Source of the DNA: Bdellovibrionota bacterium
Lineage (GTDB): Bacteria; Bdellovibrionota_G; JALEGL01; DATDPG01
NCBI GenBank assembly: GCA_035292885.1
Contig: DATDPG010000164.1
Location: 1,386-65,385, forward strand
Length of the DNA stretch: 64,000 nt
Direction of reading: 5' to 3'
Below the pieces are notes generated by a model. The model saw only the letters and a program-made list of their open reading frames with translations. It searched no databases and was not told the origin of the DNA. How positions within the stretch are numbered: position 1 is the first letter of the stretch; each line of letters starts with the position of its first letter. The translations under genes and the position numbers were made by a program. Positions 19,101-27,534 of the stretch are shown here, one piece after another.

Positions 19101-19546
19101 ACGATCTCGTCCGCCTTTGCCGCCACCTAAACGAACAGAACGTGGAGTACGTCGTTATCGGTGGGTTCGCCGTGATTCACCACGGATATCTCCGGGCGAC
19201 AGCCGACATCGACCTGTTGGTTCAGAAGAAACAGGCCAACGTGGAAAAGATCAAAACGGCGATGGGTTACTTGGAAGACCAGGCTGCCCGAGATCTACTT
19301 CCGGACGATCTGTCAAAATATACGGTTGTGCGTGTGGCGGACGAGATCGTCGTGGATCTCATGGCGAAAGCTTGCGGTCATTCCTTTGAGGATTTACGCA
19401 GTCAAATCGAGGAGGTTGAATTACAGGGAGTCCGCATCCCGTACCTTACGGCAGCCGGACTCTTGAAAACCAAAGCCGGCATTCGGCCAAAGGATCAGCA
19501 GGATCGCGCTTATCTGGAGCGACTGCTCAAGTCGAAACCGAAATAG
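19052..19546 (+). CDS. nucleotidyltransferase-fold protein (Pol-beta superfamily), hypothetical
   Basis: VIGGFAVIHHGYLRATADIDLLV fits the hG[GS]...Dh[DE]h NTase signature. Confidence 0.5.
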   Translation: MDDRDDGSRVSRVPTIDDLVRLCRHLNEQNVEYVVIGGFAVIHHGYLRATADIDLLVQKKQANVEKIKTAMGYLEDQAARDLLPDDLSKYTVVRVADEIVVDLMAKACGHSFEDLRSQIEEVELQGVRIPYLTAAGLLKTKAGIRPKDQQDRAYLERLLKSKPK

Positions 19547-19560
19547 GATTCGTTAAGATT

Positions 19561-19989
19561 TCACCTTTTCGTGAGCGTTCGAACCGTCTTCATGAACGCC
19601 GGATAGTGCCTAAGGGCCGTCTTGGCTCCGGTGAACACCTTCCCGGGAGTAAGGTCGTCGATCAGGTGCGCAATGGCGTCCCGAATTCGGGCGGATGAAG
19701 CGAGGCCCGAGGCCAGCTTGGTCGATAGGACACCCCGGCGACCGAGCACCAGGAATGCATCCGGATACGTGGGCACGGTTAGTTGGTAATTTTTCTTCAG
19801 GATAATGCAGGCGACATCCACCGCCCATTCCACGAGGCGTTCGATGTGACGTTCGGTCGCCAACTGATCCATTCGGTTTCGCCGATACGCTCGCTCCCCC
19901 TTCCGGAGAATTTCTTCCATCTCCAGTAACGTGCCACGCATAAAGTCGAGCTTTCGGACGATGATCTGTTTGTCGAGTGCCGTCAGCAT
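19561..19989 (-). CDS. HepT-like (DUF86) toxin
   Basis: IRDAIAHLID motif region, 142 aa. Overlaps the upstream mntA by 7 nt. Confidence 0.8.
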   Translation of the reverse strand: MLTALDKQIIVRKLDFMRGTLLEMEEILRKGERAYRRNRMDQLATERHIERLVEWAVDVACIILKKNYQLTVPTYPDAFLVLGRRGVLSTKLASGLASSARIRDAIAHLIDDLTPGKVFTGAKTALRHYPAFMKTVRTLTKR

Positions 19990-20432
19990 GTGAGGCGTTC
20001 GTCAAGGAAGTCGTCCAGTAATTCCCGTCGCAGGCCGTCGAATTTTTCGTTGTCCATGAACTGGCGGCTGGCGAGGGAGAAGAAGCGGTCGAATTCGCCG
20101 GTCTTTCGTTCGTAGACGAGTCGGCCCTGGCAGGCGGCGAATCGGGCGATGGGGTCGGCGTGGTCCAGGAACATGACGTCAGCGTCGTCGCGGCCGAGGA
20201 GGCTTTTGAGTTCGGTGATGATTTTCCCGTGGTCGAATTTGAACTGGAAAAGAACGGCGATGTCGAGGTCGGGTTCGGGGCCTTGAAGGCCGGTGACGGC
20301 GGAGCCGAACAGGAGGACGAGGCGGGGGCGTCGGCGTTGGATCCAGGGGGAGAGCTTGCGGCGCAGTTGATGGGCTCGCACGGGAGTGCACAGTACCATG
20401 GGGGTTGGCGGGGTCAGTTTTCGCCGCGGCAT
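19983..20432 (-). CDS. MntA-type nucleotidyltransferase antitoxin
   Basis: LLFGSAVTG....PDLDIAVLF NTase motif. Confidence 0.8.
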   Translation of the reverse strand: MPRRKLTPPTPMVLCTPVRAHQLRRKLSPWIQRRRPRLVLLFGSAVTGLQGPEPDLDIAVLFQFKFDHGKIITELKSLLGRDDADVMFLDHADPIARFAACQGRLVYERKTGEFDRFFSLASRQFMDNEKFDGLRRELLDDFLDERLTC

Positions 20433-20485
20433 TTTTCGGGCAGCGGTTCCCCGATGCCGAAAAGCCGCTCATTCAACCGATCGAA

Positions 20486-20522
20486 CACAGCCAATAAAAT
20501 ATAATAATATTAAATATTTAAC
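20486..20522. promoter_or_regulatory. AT-rich island with taataatattaaata motif in a divergent promoter region
   Basis: aataaaatataataatattaaatatttaa in an otherwise GC-rich context. A near-copy is at 31101-31125. Confidence 0.3.
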
Positions 20523-20561
20523 GCTGGTCTGCCTGGCACGGATGTTGGGATACTCCTGGGT

Positions 20562-21863
20562 ATGAAGATGAAATTACAGCCGGAGGACGCCATGATTCGC
20601 CGATCGATTTCAGCACTTCAAGCAGCTGGATTGTCAATACTGCTTGTTCTCGGTGGATGTGGAAAAAATGGCGTTACGCCGACCCCCATCAACCCAAATG
20701 GCACCGGCAACAGCCTTGGCGAACAAATTACTCAAACGCTCTGTGCGGAAACGGGCGATGTCGATTCAGATGGTGATGGCATCTGCGATACCGACGAAGC
20801 GAATGACCCTACCCTAGGGCCCGATTGTGTTGACAACCCGGATTGCAACAACAACGAAACACCCGACGGCGATGAACCTTCTTGGTGGGTCAAGAATAGG
20901 AAGTACGTCTGGATGGCTTCGGCATTGGGTGCTGGTTCGGTTTACTTAGTAAAGGCGTGCGATGGAAACGGCGACGGCTGTAACTTCCTATCGAATGTGG
21001 CTGGAAAAACGGGCGACGACGTCAATAACCAGGCCGGTTGGACAACCTCCGTCATCGGGAATCTGACTGGCGGCTATGCCTATGTGAAGCTCGACAACAT
21101 GCAAGGTCGATCCACATTCAAGCTTGGATTTACGGCTAAATCCGACAAAAGGGTCGTACTCGGCGGCATTGACCTCGGCTACGACTTTGGGGGATATATC
21201 GCCGGCTTCCCGCAATTCTCTAACGGGGCCTCCTTCCAAAAGGACGCAACCGGCGCGGCTAAAGTGGACCTCCCCTTGGCGGGAGTATTCTCCGACAACC
21301 TGAAAACCAACCATCCTCTGCGTGAGTTCGGAGTGCCCTGCGTGTCAGGCTCGTCATCTCCAGGGAATGTGTTTGAAAGCATCGAACAAAAAATAAAGGA
21401 TCTCGGCTATTCAGGTTATCCCGTCATTCTCTCTTTCGTCGCCCAGGCCGACGGGAACCAAGACTGTTGGTTTGCCAAGAGCCTCCTGCCCGAATCGGTC
21501 TTCAACGCGGCGAAGCCGAGCACTCTAACACTTAAATTTCCGCCTCTCGGCAAAACCGCCGAGGCCACTTTCTCACTTCACTCCGAACACCCCGAAGTCG
21601 GAGCGGTCATCGATTCGTTCGATTTCGTAGCAAAATGGGTGGGCAAGGTCGGTGGGCCTGATCTTACGAACCCCGCTTCTGGCCTCCCAACAAACCCTGT
21701 AGAGAACTACGCCGACGGCTACCAATACTGGCCCAAGCTTGAAAAAGCACTCGGATTAAATTCCCCGCAGGTGTCGTGTTCGAATATGACTTGTTCCATA
21801 AAGAATCTCTTTTCTCCCCTTCAAAATCTTTACGCCGTATTCGAAATGACAAGGTCTCAGTAG
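20562..21863 (+). CDS. secreted lipoprotein with Asp-rich Ca-binding (TSP3-like) repeats, paralog of the 14697 gene
   Basis: Lipobox VLGGCG. DVDSDGDGICDTDEANDP, DNPDCNNNETPDGDE. Confidence 0.5.
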   Translation: MKMKLQPEDAMIRRSISALQAAGLSILLVLGGCGKNGVTPTPINPNGTGNSLGEQITQTLCAETGDVDSDGDGICDTDEANDPTLGPDCVDNPDCNNNETPDGDEPSWWVKNRKYVWMASALGAGSVYLVKACDGNGDGCNFLSNVAGKTGDDVNNQAGWTTSVIGNLTGGYAYVKLDNMQGRSTFKLGFTAKSDKRVVLGGIDLGYDFGGYIAGFPQFSNGASFQKDATGAAKVDLPLAGVFSDNLKTNHPLREFGVPCVSGSSSPGNVFESIEQKIKDLGYSGYPVILSFVAQADGNQDCWFAKSLLPESVFNAAKPSTLTLKFPPLGKTAEATFSLHSEHPEVGAVIDSFDFVAKWVGKVGGPDLTNPASGLPTNPVENYADGYQYWPKLEKALGLNSPQVSCSNMTCSIKNLFSPLQNLYAVFEMTRSQ

Positions 21864-22129
21864 CGCAAAAACGACGCGCCCAATACAAACCCATTCGTCT
21901 TATAACTTTGCTCCGGAGCGACGCGGCCAAAAATTTCGGGATGATGGCTCAAGAAAGCGTATTGCCTCTGGACCTCGCGGAAGCATTGGCTCCCTCGGTC
22001 GGATTGCAAAATCGAATTGTTCATGAATACGGCCTTCTCGACGCCCGAAATGTTTTCGCTGGCACCGAAAAAGCCCTTCAATTGTTTCCTAAATATACCG
22101 CGTCGATTCTGGGGCTCATGAAAAACTGA
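21776..22129 (+). CDS. HepT-like DUF86 domain protein, probably truncated/remnant
   Basis: Exact Rx4HxY motif (QNRIVHEYGLLD). The N-terminal part overlaps the lipoprotein 3' end, so the likely true product is under 100 aa. No MNT partner. Confidence 0.45.
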   Translation: MFEYDLFHKESLFSPSKSLRRIRNDKVSVAQKRRAQYKPIRLITLLRSDAAKNFGMMAQESVLPLDLAEALAPSVGLQNRIVHEYGLLDARNVFAGTEKALQLFPKYTASILGLMKN

Positions 22130-22688
22130 AAACCCGCGAGAGTGGCGGAAGTGCATCGGAATCGAACCGACCAACACTCGCTCGGCGGGCGTTCGCTGGT
22201 TTTGAAGACCAGGAAGGACACCAGTCCCCAGCCACTTCCGTCGCCGGAATCATTACCCTTTTTTGGGTTGCCTGAAAATAGGTCGTTCTGAAGTGTCCAT
22301 TTTGGTGTCTGCTTTTTGTCGGAAATGGCCCATTCCAGATCCGGGAACTCACCCTTGGTCGACAATCTCGTACCGCGCAAATAGCGGAGGCACGGTCCAC
22401 CAGAACACCATCATGATCGCGCTTTCGGGCACACCCGCCTTCACCCATGATATTTGTGCCGCCGAACTCGGATCCACTTTCCCTTCTTGTCCCGTTCCCA
22501 AAGCCTTCCTTTCCGTTCATCTTCCAAAGCTCCTTCAAATTCTTCATCAAATCCGCATTATTCAGAACGTCGAACGTTTCGGAAAAAGCTTCATAATCTT
22601 CCATCGGTAAAAGGGCTCCGACGGCACGACCGTCCTTCGTCAAAATATACCCCCGCCCCTCCTCTTCCATAGCGCGCACAAGCGTCAA
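22116..22688 (-). CDS. Phd/YefM-family antitoxin domain (N-terminal ~80 aa) in an ORF that reads on through the tRNA-Sec gene
   Basis: GYILTKDGRAVGALLPMEDYEAFSETFDVLNNADLMKNLKE matches the Phd/YefM fold. The C-terminal ~110 aa are low-complexity and overlap selC. No cognate toxin downstream. Confidence 0.55.
   Translation of the reverse strand: MTLVRAMEEEGRGYILTKDGRAVGALLPMEDYEAFSETFDVLNNADLMKNLKELWKMNGKEGFGNGTRRESGSEFGGTNIMGEGGCARKRDHDGVLVDRASAICAVRDCRPRVSSRIWNGPFPTKSRHQNGHFRTTYFQATQKRVMIPATEVAGDWCPSWSSKPANARRASVGRFDSDALPPLSRVFSFS
22143..22239 (-). tRNA. selC: tRNA-Sec (selenocysteine, anticodon UCA), CCA encoded
   Basis: Minus-strand sequence GGAAGTGG-CT-GGGGAC/TGGT/GTCCTT-C-CTGGT/CUUCAAA/ACCAG-long variable arm-GTCGG/TTCGATT/CCGAT-GCACTTCC-G-CCA. 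8/5-type acceptor/T geometry, 6-bp D stem with 4-nt loop, long variable arm. Architecture parallels E. coli selC. Confidence 0.7.
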
Positions 22689-22694
22689 CGGCCG

Positions 22695-23183
22695 TTATTG
22701 CTGCGGCTTCTCGGCGCCTTTCGCCAAGGCTTCGTTCGCTTCCGGATATCGCAGATCGTCCCCGCTATACCATGCCAGACGCCCGCGCGAAGTAATTGAA
22801 TACGGCCGGTCTCCGCCCGGCGCCTTATACATGAACGCGTTTCCCCACGGGTCTTTGGGAACCGAAATGCGTCCGATATATCCGTCTTGATAATATTTCT
22901 GCGGCCGCGGCGGAACGCGCGGTTGCCTCACCAGCGCATCGAGTCCCTGTTCGGTTGTCGGATAAAAGCCGTTGTCCTGCTTATATGACTCGAGCGCGAC
23001 GCTGAGCCGTTGCAATTGATCGCGCACCATGAGGCGGCGGAGACGATCGTCCTGAGACATGTAAAAGGGATTGAAACGAGCCCAGGGCACAATAAAGATT
23101 CCGGCTAACACAAGCGCGATTCCGAGAAGACCGATTCCGACGTAGGCTTTCTTGATCCGATTCATAACGGCGGAGGGTAGCAC
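22695..23183 (-). CDS. GspG-like (type II secretion pseudopilin domain) protein lacking a canonical prepilin leader
   Basis: DPWGNAFMY motif typical of T2SS_G. The N-terminal TM has no G-F-T-L-I-E class III signal. Confidence 0.55.
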   Translation of the reverse strand: MLPSAVMNRIKKAYVGIGLLGIALVLAGIFIVPWARFNPFYMSQDDRLRRLMVRDQLQRLSVALESYKQDNGFYPTTEQGLDALVRQPRVPPRPQKYYQDGYIGRISVPKDPWGNAFMYKAPGGDRPYSITSRGRLAWYSGDDLRYPEANEALAKGAEKPQQ

Positions 23184-23272
23184 CCAAGGCTCTGCTCCTC
23201 AAGCCTCCTGACGTCGGGCCAGGAACCGTAAGCATTTGATCGAAGGCCTCAATTGGATTAGGGTACACGGCC

Positions 23273-24424
23273 GTGATCGGGTTCGACCTCACCGAAGAAC
23301 AGCAACAGCTTCAACAACTTGCGCGTGACTTCGCTCAAAAGGAAATGGCCCCGAAGGCGCCCCATTACGATCAAACCGGCGAGTTTCCCAAAGAGATTCT
23401 CAAGAAGGCCTGGGAAGTCGGCCTGATGAATCACCAAATTCCCACGGAATACGGCGGACCGGGCCTCAAGTGTCTGGACGGTTGCCTGATTGCCGAGGAA
23501 ACCGGCGCGGCCTGCACGGGAATCGCCACGGCGATGGAAGCCAACATGTTGTCCGAAGCTCCGGTGATCGTCGGCGGCAACGACGAACAGAAAAAACGGT
23601 TTCTCACGCCGATGACGGAAGAGTTTAAGCTGGCGGCATACTGTGTCACCGAGCCGGCCGCCGGGTCGGACGTCCAGGGCATCAAGACAACGGCCAAGAA
23701 AGCCGGGAACGACTATGTGATCAACGGTGAAAAGATGTGGATCACTTCAGCGTCGGTGGCCTCGTGGTATTTCGTCCTCGCGTACACAGACCCCTCCAAG
23801 GGGTACAAGGGGATGTCGACATTTCTCGTCCCCGGCGAGACCGACGGCATCGTCGTCGGGAAAAAAGAAAAGAACATGGGACAGCGTTGTTCCGACACGC
23901 GAGGAATCACGTTCACCAACGTCAAAGTGAGCGAGAAAAATCGGGTGGGGAACGAAGGCGACGGATTCAAGATCGCGATGGCGGCGTTCGATCACAGCCG
24001 TCCTATTGTCGCCTCCGCGGCGGTGGGGTTGGCCCGTTCGGCCATGGAGCACGCCATCCGGTATGCCGGGGAGCGGGAGACATTCGGCGTGCCGATCGCC
24101 AAGCATCAGGCCGTCGCTTTCATGATCGCGGACATGGCCAAGGACATTGAGGCGGCGAGACTCCTCACATGGAAAGCCGCATGGACGATCGATCAGGGCC
24201 AGCGCAACACCCTCTTTGCCGCCTATGCAAAGTCTTTCGCCGCGGACACTGCGATGCGAGTGGCGACCGATGCCGTTCAAGTTTTCGGCGGCTACGGATT
24301 CAACACGGAATATCCGGTGGAAAAACTGATGCGGGACGCGAAGATCTTTCAGATTTACGAAGGAACGAGCCAGATTCAGCGGTTGATCATCGCAAAGGAA
24401 ATATTTGAGCGGAGGAAATCATGA
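23273..24424 (+). CDS. acyl-CoA dehydrogenase (short/medium-chain type)
   Basis: ACAD N/M/C domains, catalytic-region [16 protein letters not shown]. Confidence 0.9.
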   Translation: MIGFDLTEEQQQLQQLARDFAQKEMAPKAPHYDQTGEFPKEILKKAWEVGLMNHQIPTEYGGPGLKCLDGCLIAEETGAACTGIATAMEANMLSEAPVIVGGNDEQKKRFLTPMTEEFKLAAYCVTEPAAGSDVQGIKTTAKKAGNDYVINGEKMWITSASVASWYFVLAYTDPSKGYKGMSTFLVPGETDGIVVGKKEKNMGQRCSDTRGITFTNVKVSEKNRVGNEGDGFKIAMAAFDHSRPIVASAAVGLARSAMEHAIRYAGERETFGVPIAKHQAVAFMIADMAKDIEAARLLTWKAAWTIDQGQRNTLFAAYAKSFAADTAMRVATDAVQVFGGYGFNTEYPVEKLMRDAKIFQIYEGTSQIQRLIIAKEIFERRKS

Positions 24425-25803
24425 CCGGAAAAATCACGGCAGCGCAAATCGACGAACGAATCGCCAAACACAAGGATTCCATCCTAAAGGAGTATAAGAA
24501 GATCGTGGAATCGCCCTCGGTGAGTGCCGATCCTAAGCACAAGGGGGACATTCGCAAGACCGCGGAACTGGCAAGCGACTACCTGAAGAAAGCGGGCGCG
24601 GACGTAACCATCATTGAAACTCCGGGAAATCCGGTCGTTTTTGGACACATCGAAAACAAGTCCAAAGCTCCGACCGTCGCTGTTTACAATCACCTCGACG
24701 TTCAACCTGTGTCACCCAAGGGGCAGGACGGGTGGGAACGTGAGCCTTTTCAGTTCACGGAGGAGCGGGGCCGCTTTTATTCGAGAGGCACTACCGACGA
24801 CAAAGGCCCGGCGATGGCCGCTTTTTGGGCCGCCAAGATCGCAAAAGAATTCGAGATACCGATCAACGTCGAGTTTATCTGGGAATTTGAAGAAGAAATT
24901 GGGTCTCCACATTTTGCAGAATTCTGTACGAAGGCGAAGGAGCGGATCAAAGCCCAGTCGGTGGTCGTCTCGGATACCATCTGGATAACAAAAGGCAAGC
25001 CAGCCATTCCGACCGCCTTGCGCGGCCTCGTTGCATTGGAACTACGGCTTGATCTGAACAAAAAGGATGTGCACTCCGGATTGTGCGGAGGCGTGGCCCG
25101 GAATCCCTTGGCGGAAATGTGCCAGATCATCTCTTCGTGCATCGATGCCAAGACGGGAGACATCACCATCCCGGGCATTCGAGAGACTTGGACACCGCCG
25201 AGTGAGAGGGAAGTGGCTGATTTTCTCCGGTCGGGTTTCTCAGTGACTACGTTTAAGAAGGATCATGAGCTGACCACGTTGCGAACCGAGAATACGGCCG
25301 AAGTGGCCCAGCGGATTTGGGCCATGCCGACGTTTGAAGTGCACGGAATTGCCGGCGGTTACCAAGGGCCGGGAATAAAAACTGCGATTCCTCATTCGGC
25401 AACGGCGAAGATCAGTTTGCGTTTGGTTCCGGGTCAGCAATTCAACAAGATCATTGACCTGGTGCGAACGCACGTAAAAAAGATCAACCCGGATTGCGAA
25501 GTCCTTATGCCTGAAAAGGCATATCCGGCCTACGCTGCGCCAAAGGGAATCCCCCAAATCGCCTTGGTGTCCGACGCCATGGAGTTCGCCTTCGGCGCAA
25601 AACCAGCCTTCACGCGGGAAGGGGGTTCGATCCCTGCCGTCGCCACGATGGAAGAGACCTTCAAGGTTCCTGTGGTCTTCTTGGGCTTAAGCCTGCCCGA
25701 AGACGGTTACCACTGCCCCAATGAGTCTTTCGCGTGGGAACAGCTGGCGGGAGGCATAAAAGCTTTTGTGAAATATTTCGAGCTGTTGGCTGCGAGCCGA
25801 TAG
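24421..25803 (+). CDS. M20-family metallopeptidase (dipeptidase-like)
   Basis: [16 protein letters not shown] metal-binding motifs. 460 aa. Confidence 0.8.
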   Translation: MTGKITAAQIDERIAKHKDSILKEYKKIVESPSVSADPKHKGDIRKTAELASDYLKKAGADVTIIETPGNPVVFGHIENKSKAPTVAVYNHLDVQPVSPKGQDGWEREPFQFTEERGRFYSRGTTDDKGPAMAAFWAAKIAKEFEIPINVEFIWEFEEEIGSPHFAEFCTKAKERIKAQSVVVSDTIWITKGKPAIPTALRGLVALELRLDLNKKDVHSGLCGGVARNPLAEMCQIISSCIDAKTGDITIPGIRETWTPPSEREVADFLRSGFSVTTFKKDHELTTLRTENTAEVAQRIWAMPTFEVHGIAGGYQGPGIKTAIPHSATAKISLRLVPGQQFNKIIDLVRTHVKKINPDCEVLMPEKAYPAYAAPKGIPQIALVSDAMEFAFGAKPAFTREGGSIPAVATMEETFKVPVVFLGLSLPEDGYHCPNESFAWEQLAGGIKAFVKYFELLAASR

Positions 25804-25977
25804 GTCCGTCACGGGTCGCCCCTTGACCCCAAAACTCTGTGGTTCTTATAAGGATACTGGTCATATCGCGTGGGAATTTATCGGATCCTATACATCATAC
25901 GAGACCGTGAAATTGTCGTGGAAGTTTTGAGAATCCAGCATCGAAAGGAAGTCTATGAACGTTTTCGGGGGTGAAAA

Positions 25978-26253
25978 ATGCCGCAACTGGTAACGGTCAC
26001 AAAAGCGAAACAACGGCTGCTCGAACTAGCACGAAGGAACCAAGAACTCGGAGAGTCCTTCATCCTTCTCAAAAATGGAAATCCCGTGAGCGCGCTATTG
26101 CCGTTTGAGGAATATGAGGCGTTGCTGGAAACGCTCGATATCCTCGAAACAGAACCGGATATTTTGGCCAAGTTACGGGCGGCGGAGAGGGAGGTTGCCG
26201 CCGGTAGGTACACGGTCTGGAAAGGCCGACCGCAAAGGCGTAAGAAGCAATAA
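25978..26253 (+). CDS. Phd/YefM-family antitoxin (orphan)
   Basis: ILLKNGNPVSALLPFEEYEALLETLDIL; 91 aa; no toxin gene follows (nadA is next). Confidence 0.7.
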   Translation: MPQLVTVTKAKQRLLELARRNQELGESFILLKNGNPVSALLPFEEYEALLETLDILETEPDILAKLRAAEREVAAGRYTVWKGRPQRRKKQ

Positions 26254-26256
26254 TCC

Positions 26257-27264
26257 ATGGGACTGCCGCTTGATTATTTTCAGCCGGTTCCGCCCCGGCA
26301 TCTGGACCGCACGGGAATCGAACGTGACAACCGACTCGTGGAAGAAATTCAGGCACTCAAACGGGAGAAGGGAGCTTTTGTTCTTTGCCACAACTACCAA
26401 AAACCGGAGGTCCACCGTGTGGCCGATGCCGTCGGCGATTCGTACGGCCTTTCGGTGGCGGCAAAAAAAGCGGCCTGTGACATCATCGTTTTTTGCGGCG
26501 TCCGTTTCATGGCCGAGACGGCGCACATTTTAAACCCATCGAAGAAAGTTCTGCTCCCCGAAGAGATGGCCGGCTGCGGCTTGGCGGACACCATCACGGG
26601 CGATGACGTCCGGGCCTGGAAAGCCCGTTATCCGGGGAAACCGGTGGTCATGTACATCAACTGCTCCGCCGACGTGAAGGCCGAGTCCGACGCGATCTGC
26701 ACCAGCTCCAACGCTCTGCACGTTGTGGAATCGATTGAAGGCGATCCGGTCCTTTTCGGTCCAGACGCAAACTTGGCGAACTATGTAAAACAGAAGGCCA
26801 AAAAAACCGTGATCCCGTGGGACGGGTACTGCCCGGTTCACCGCGCCGTCACCCGGGAGATGCTCGAAAAAACATTGGAGCTTTTCCCCGACGCCGTCGT
26901 CATCGTCCACCCCGAATGCAATCCCGACGTGGTCGACCTCGCCGACGAAGTTCTAAGCACGAGCCAAATGCTGGAAGCGATACAACGGCGGCCGGAAAAA
27001 AAGTTCGTCGTGGGTACCGAGATCGGCTTGATTCAGAAAGCGCAGGAACTTTGTCCGGACAAAGAAATTCATCCGATCTACCGCCACAAGAGCTGCGATC
27101 AGTCGTGCGCCTGCCCCTACATGAAAGTGACCGGCCTCCGTAGCGTGCTTCGATCTCTTCAGAATGAAACATGCGTGATTACGGTTCCGGAGGAAACGCG
27201 GCTCCGTGCGTTGCGAGCCGTAAACAAAATGCTGGAAATTGGCCTGCCGAAACCACAGAGTTAA
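26257..27264 (+). CDS. nadA: quinolinate synthase
   Basis: NadA motifs (LCHNYQ, FCGVRFMAET, three-Cys cluster region). Confidence 0.9.
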   Translation: MGLPLDYFQPVPPRHLDRTGIERDNRLVEEIQALKREKGAFVLCHNYQKPEVHRVADAVGDSYGLSVAAKKAACDIIVFCGVRFMAETAHILNPSKKVLLPEEMAGCGLADTITGDDVRAWKARYPGKPVVMYINCSADVKAESDAICTSSNALHVVESIEGDPVLFGPDANLANYVKQKAKKTVIPWDGYCPVHRAVTREMLEKTLELFPDAVVIVHPECNPDVVDLADEVLSTSQMLEAIQRRPEKKFVVGTEIGLIQKAQELCPDKEIHPIYRHKSCDQSCACPYMKVTGLRSVLRSLQNETCVITVPEETRLRALRAVNKMLEIGLPKPQS

Positions 27265-27271
27265 GAAAAAA

Positions 27272-27523
27272 ATGTTCAAGACAGCCCTCCCCCTTGCATT
27301 GATTCTCGGAGTCGCCACGTGCCAACCCGTTCCGGCAGCTCGTGGCCCCGCCGTGGACCGATGCGACGTGGAGTACGAACGGTGCGTCGCCCGTTGTGAG
27401 GGGCGCGCTGGCACGGGGGATGAATCGCTTTCGGGTCCGTTCAACGAAGCCTCCGGCGCCTGTCGAAATTCCTGCCAGATCCGCATCGAGACCTGTTATT
27501 CCACGCGCAACAAGCAAAAATAA
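27272..27523 (+). CDS. small cysteine-rich lipoprotein, hypothetical
   Basis: Lipobox LGVATC. 8 Cys in a ~65-aa mature part (CDVEYERCVARCEG...CRNSCQIRIETC). Confidence 0.4.
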   Translation: MFKTALPLALILGVATCQPVPAARGPAVDRCDVEYERCVARCEGRAGTGDESLSGPFNEASGACRNSCQIRIETCYSTRNKQK

Positions 27524-27534
27524 TTCGATCGCGT

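Noticed and set aside
22116-22440. C-terminal ~110-aa tail of the Phd ORF treated as a toxin domain
   Set aside because: Low-complexity sequence with no RelE/Doc/Txe-like motifs. The region is occupied by the tRNA-Sec gene on the same strand.
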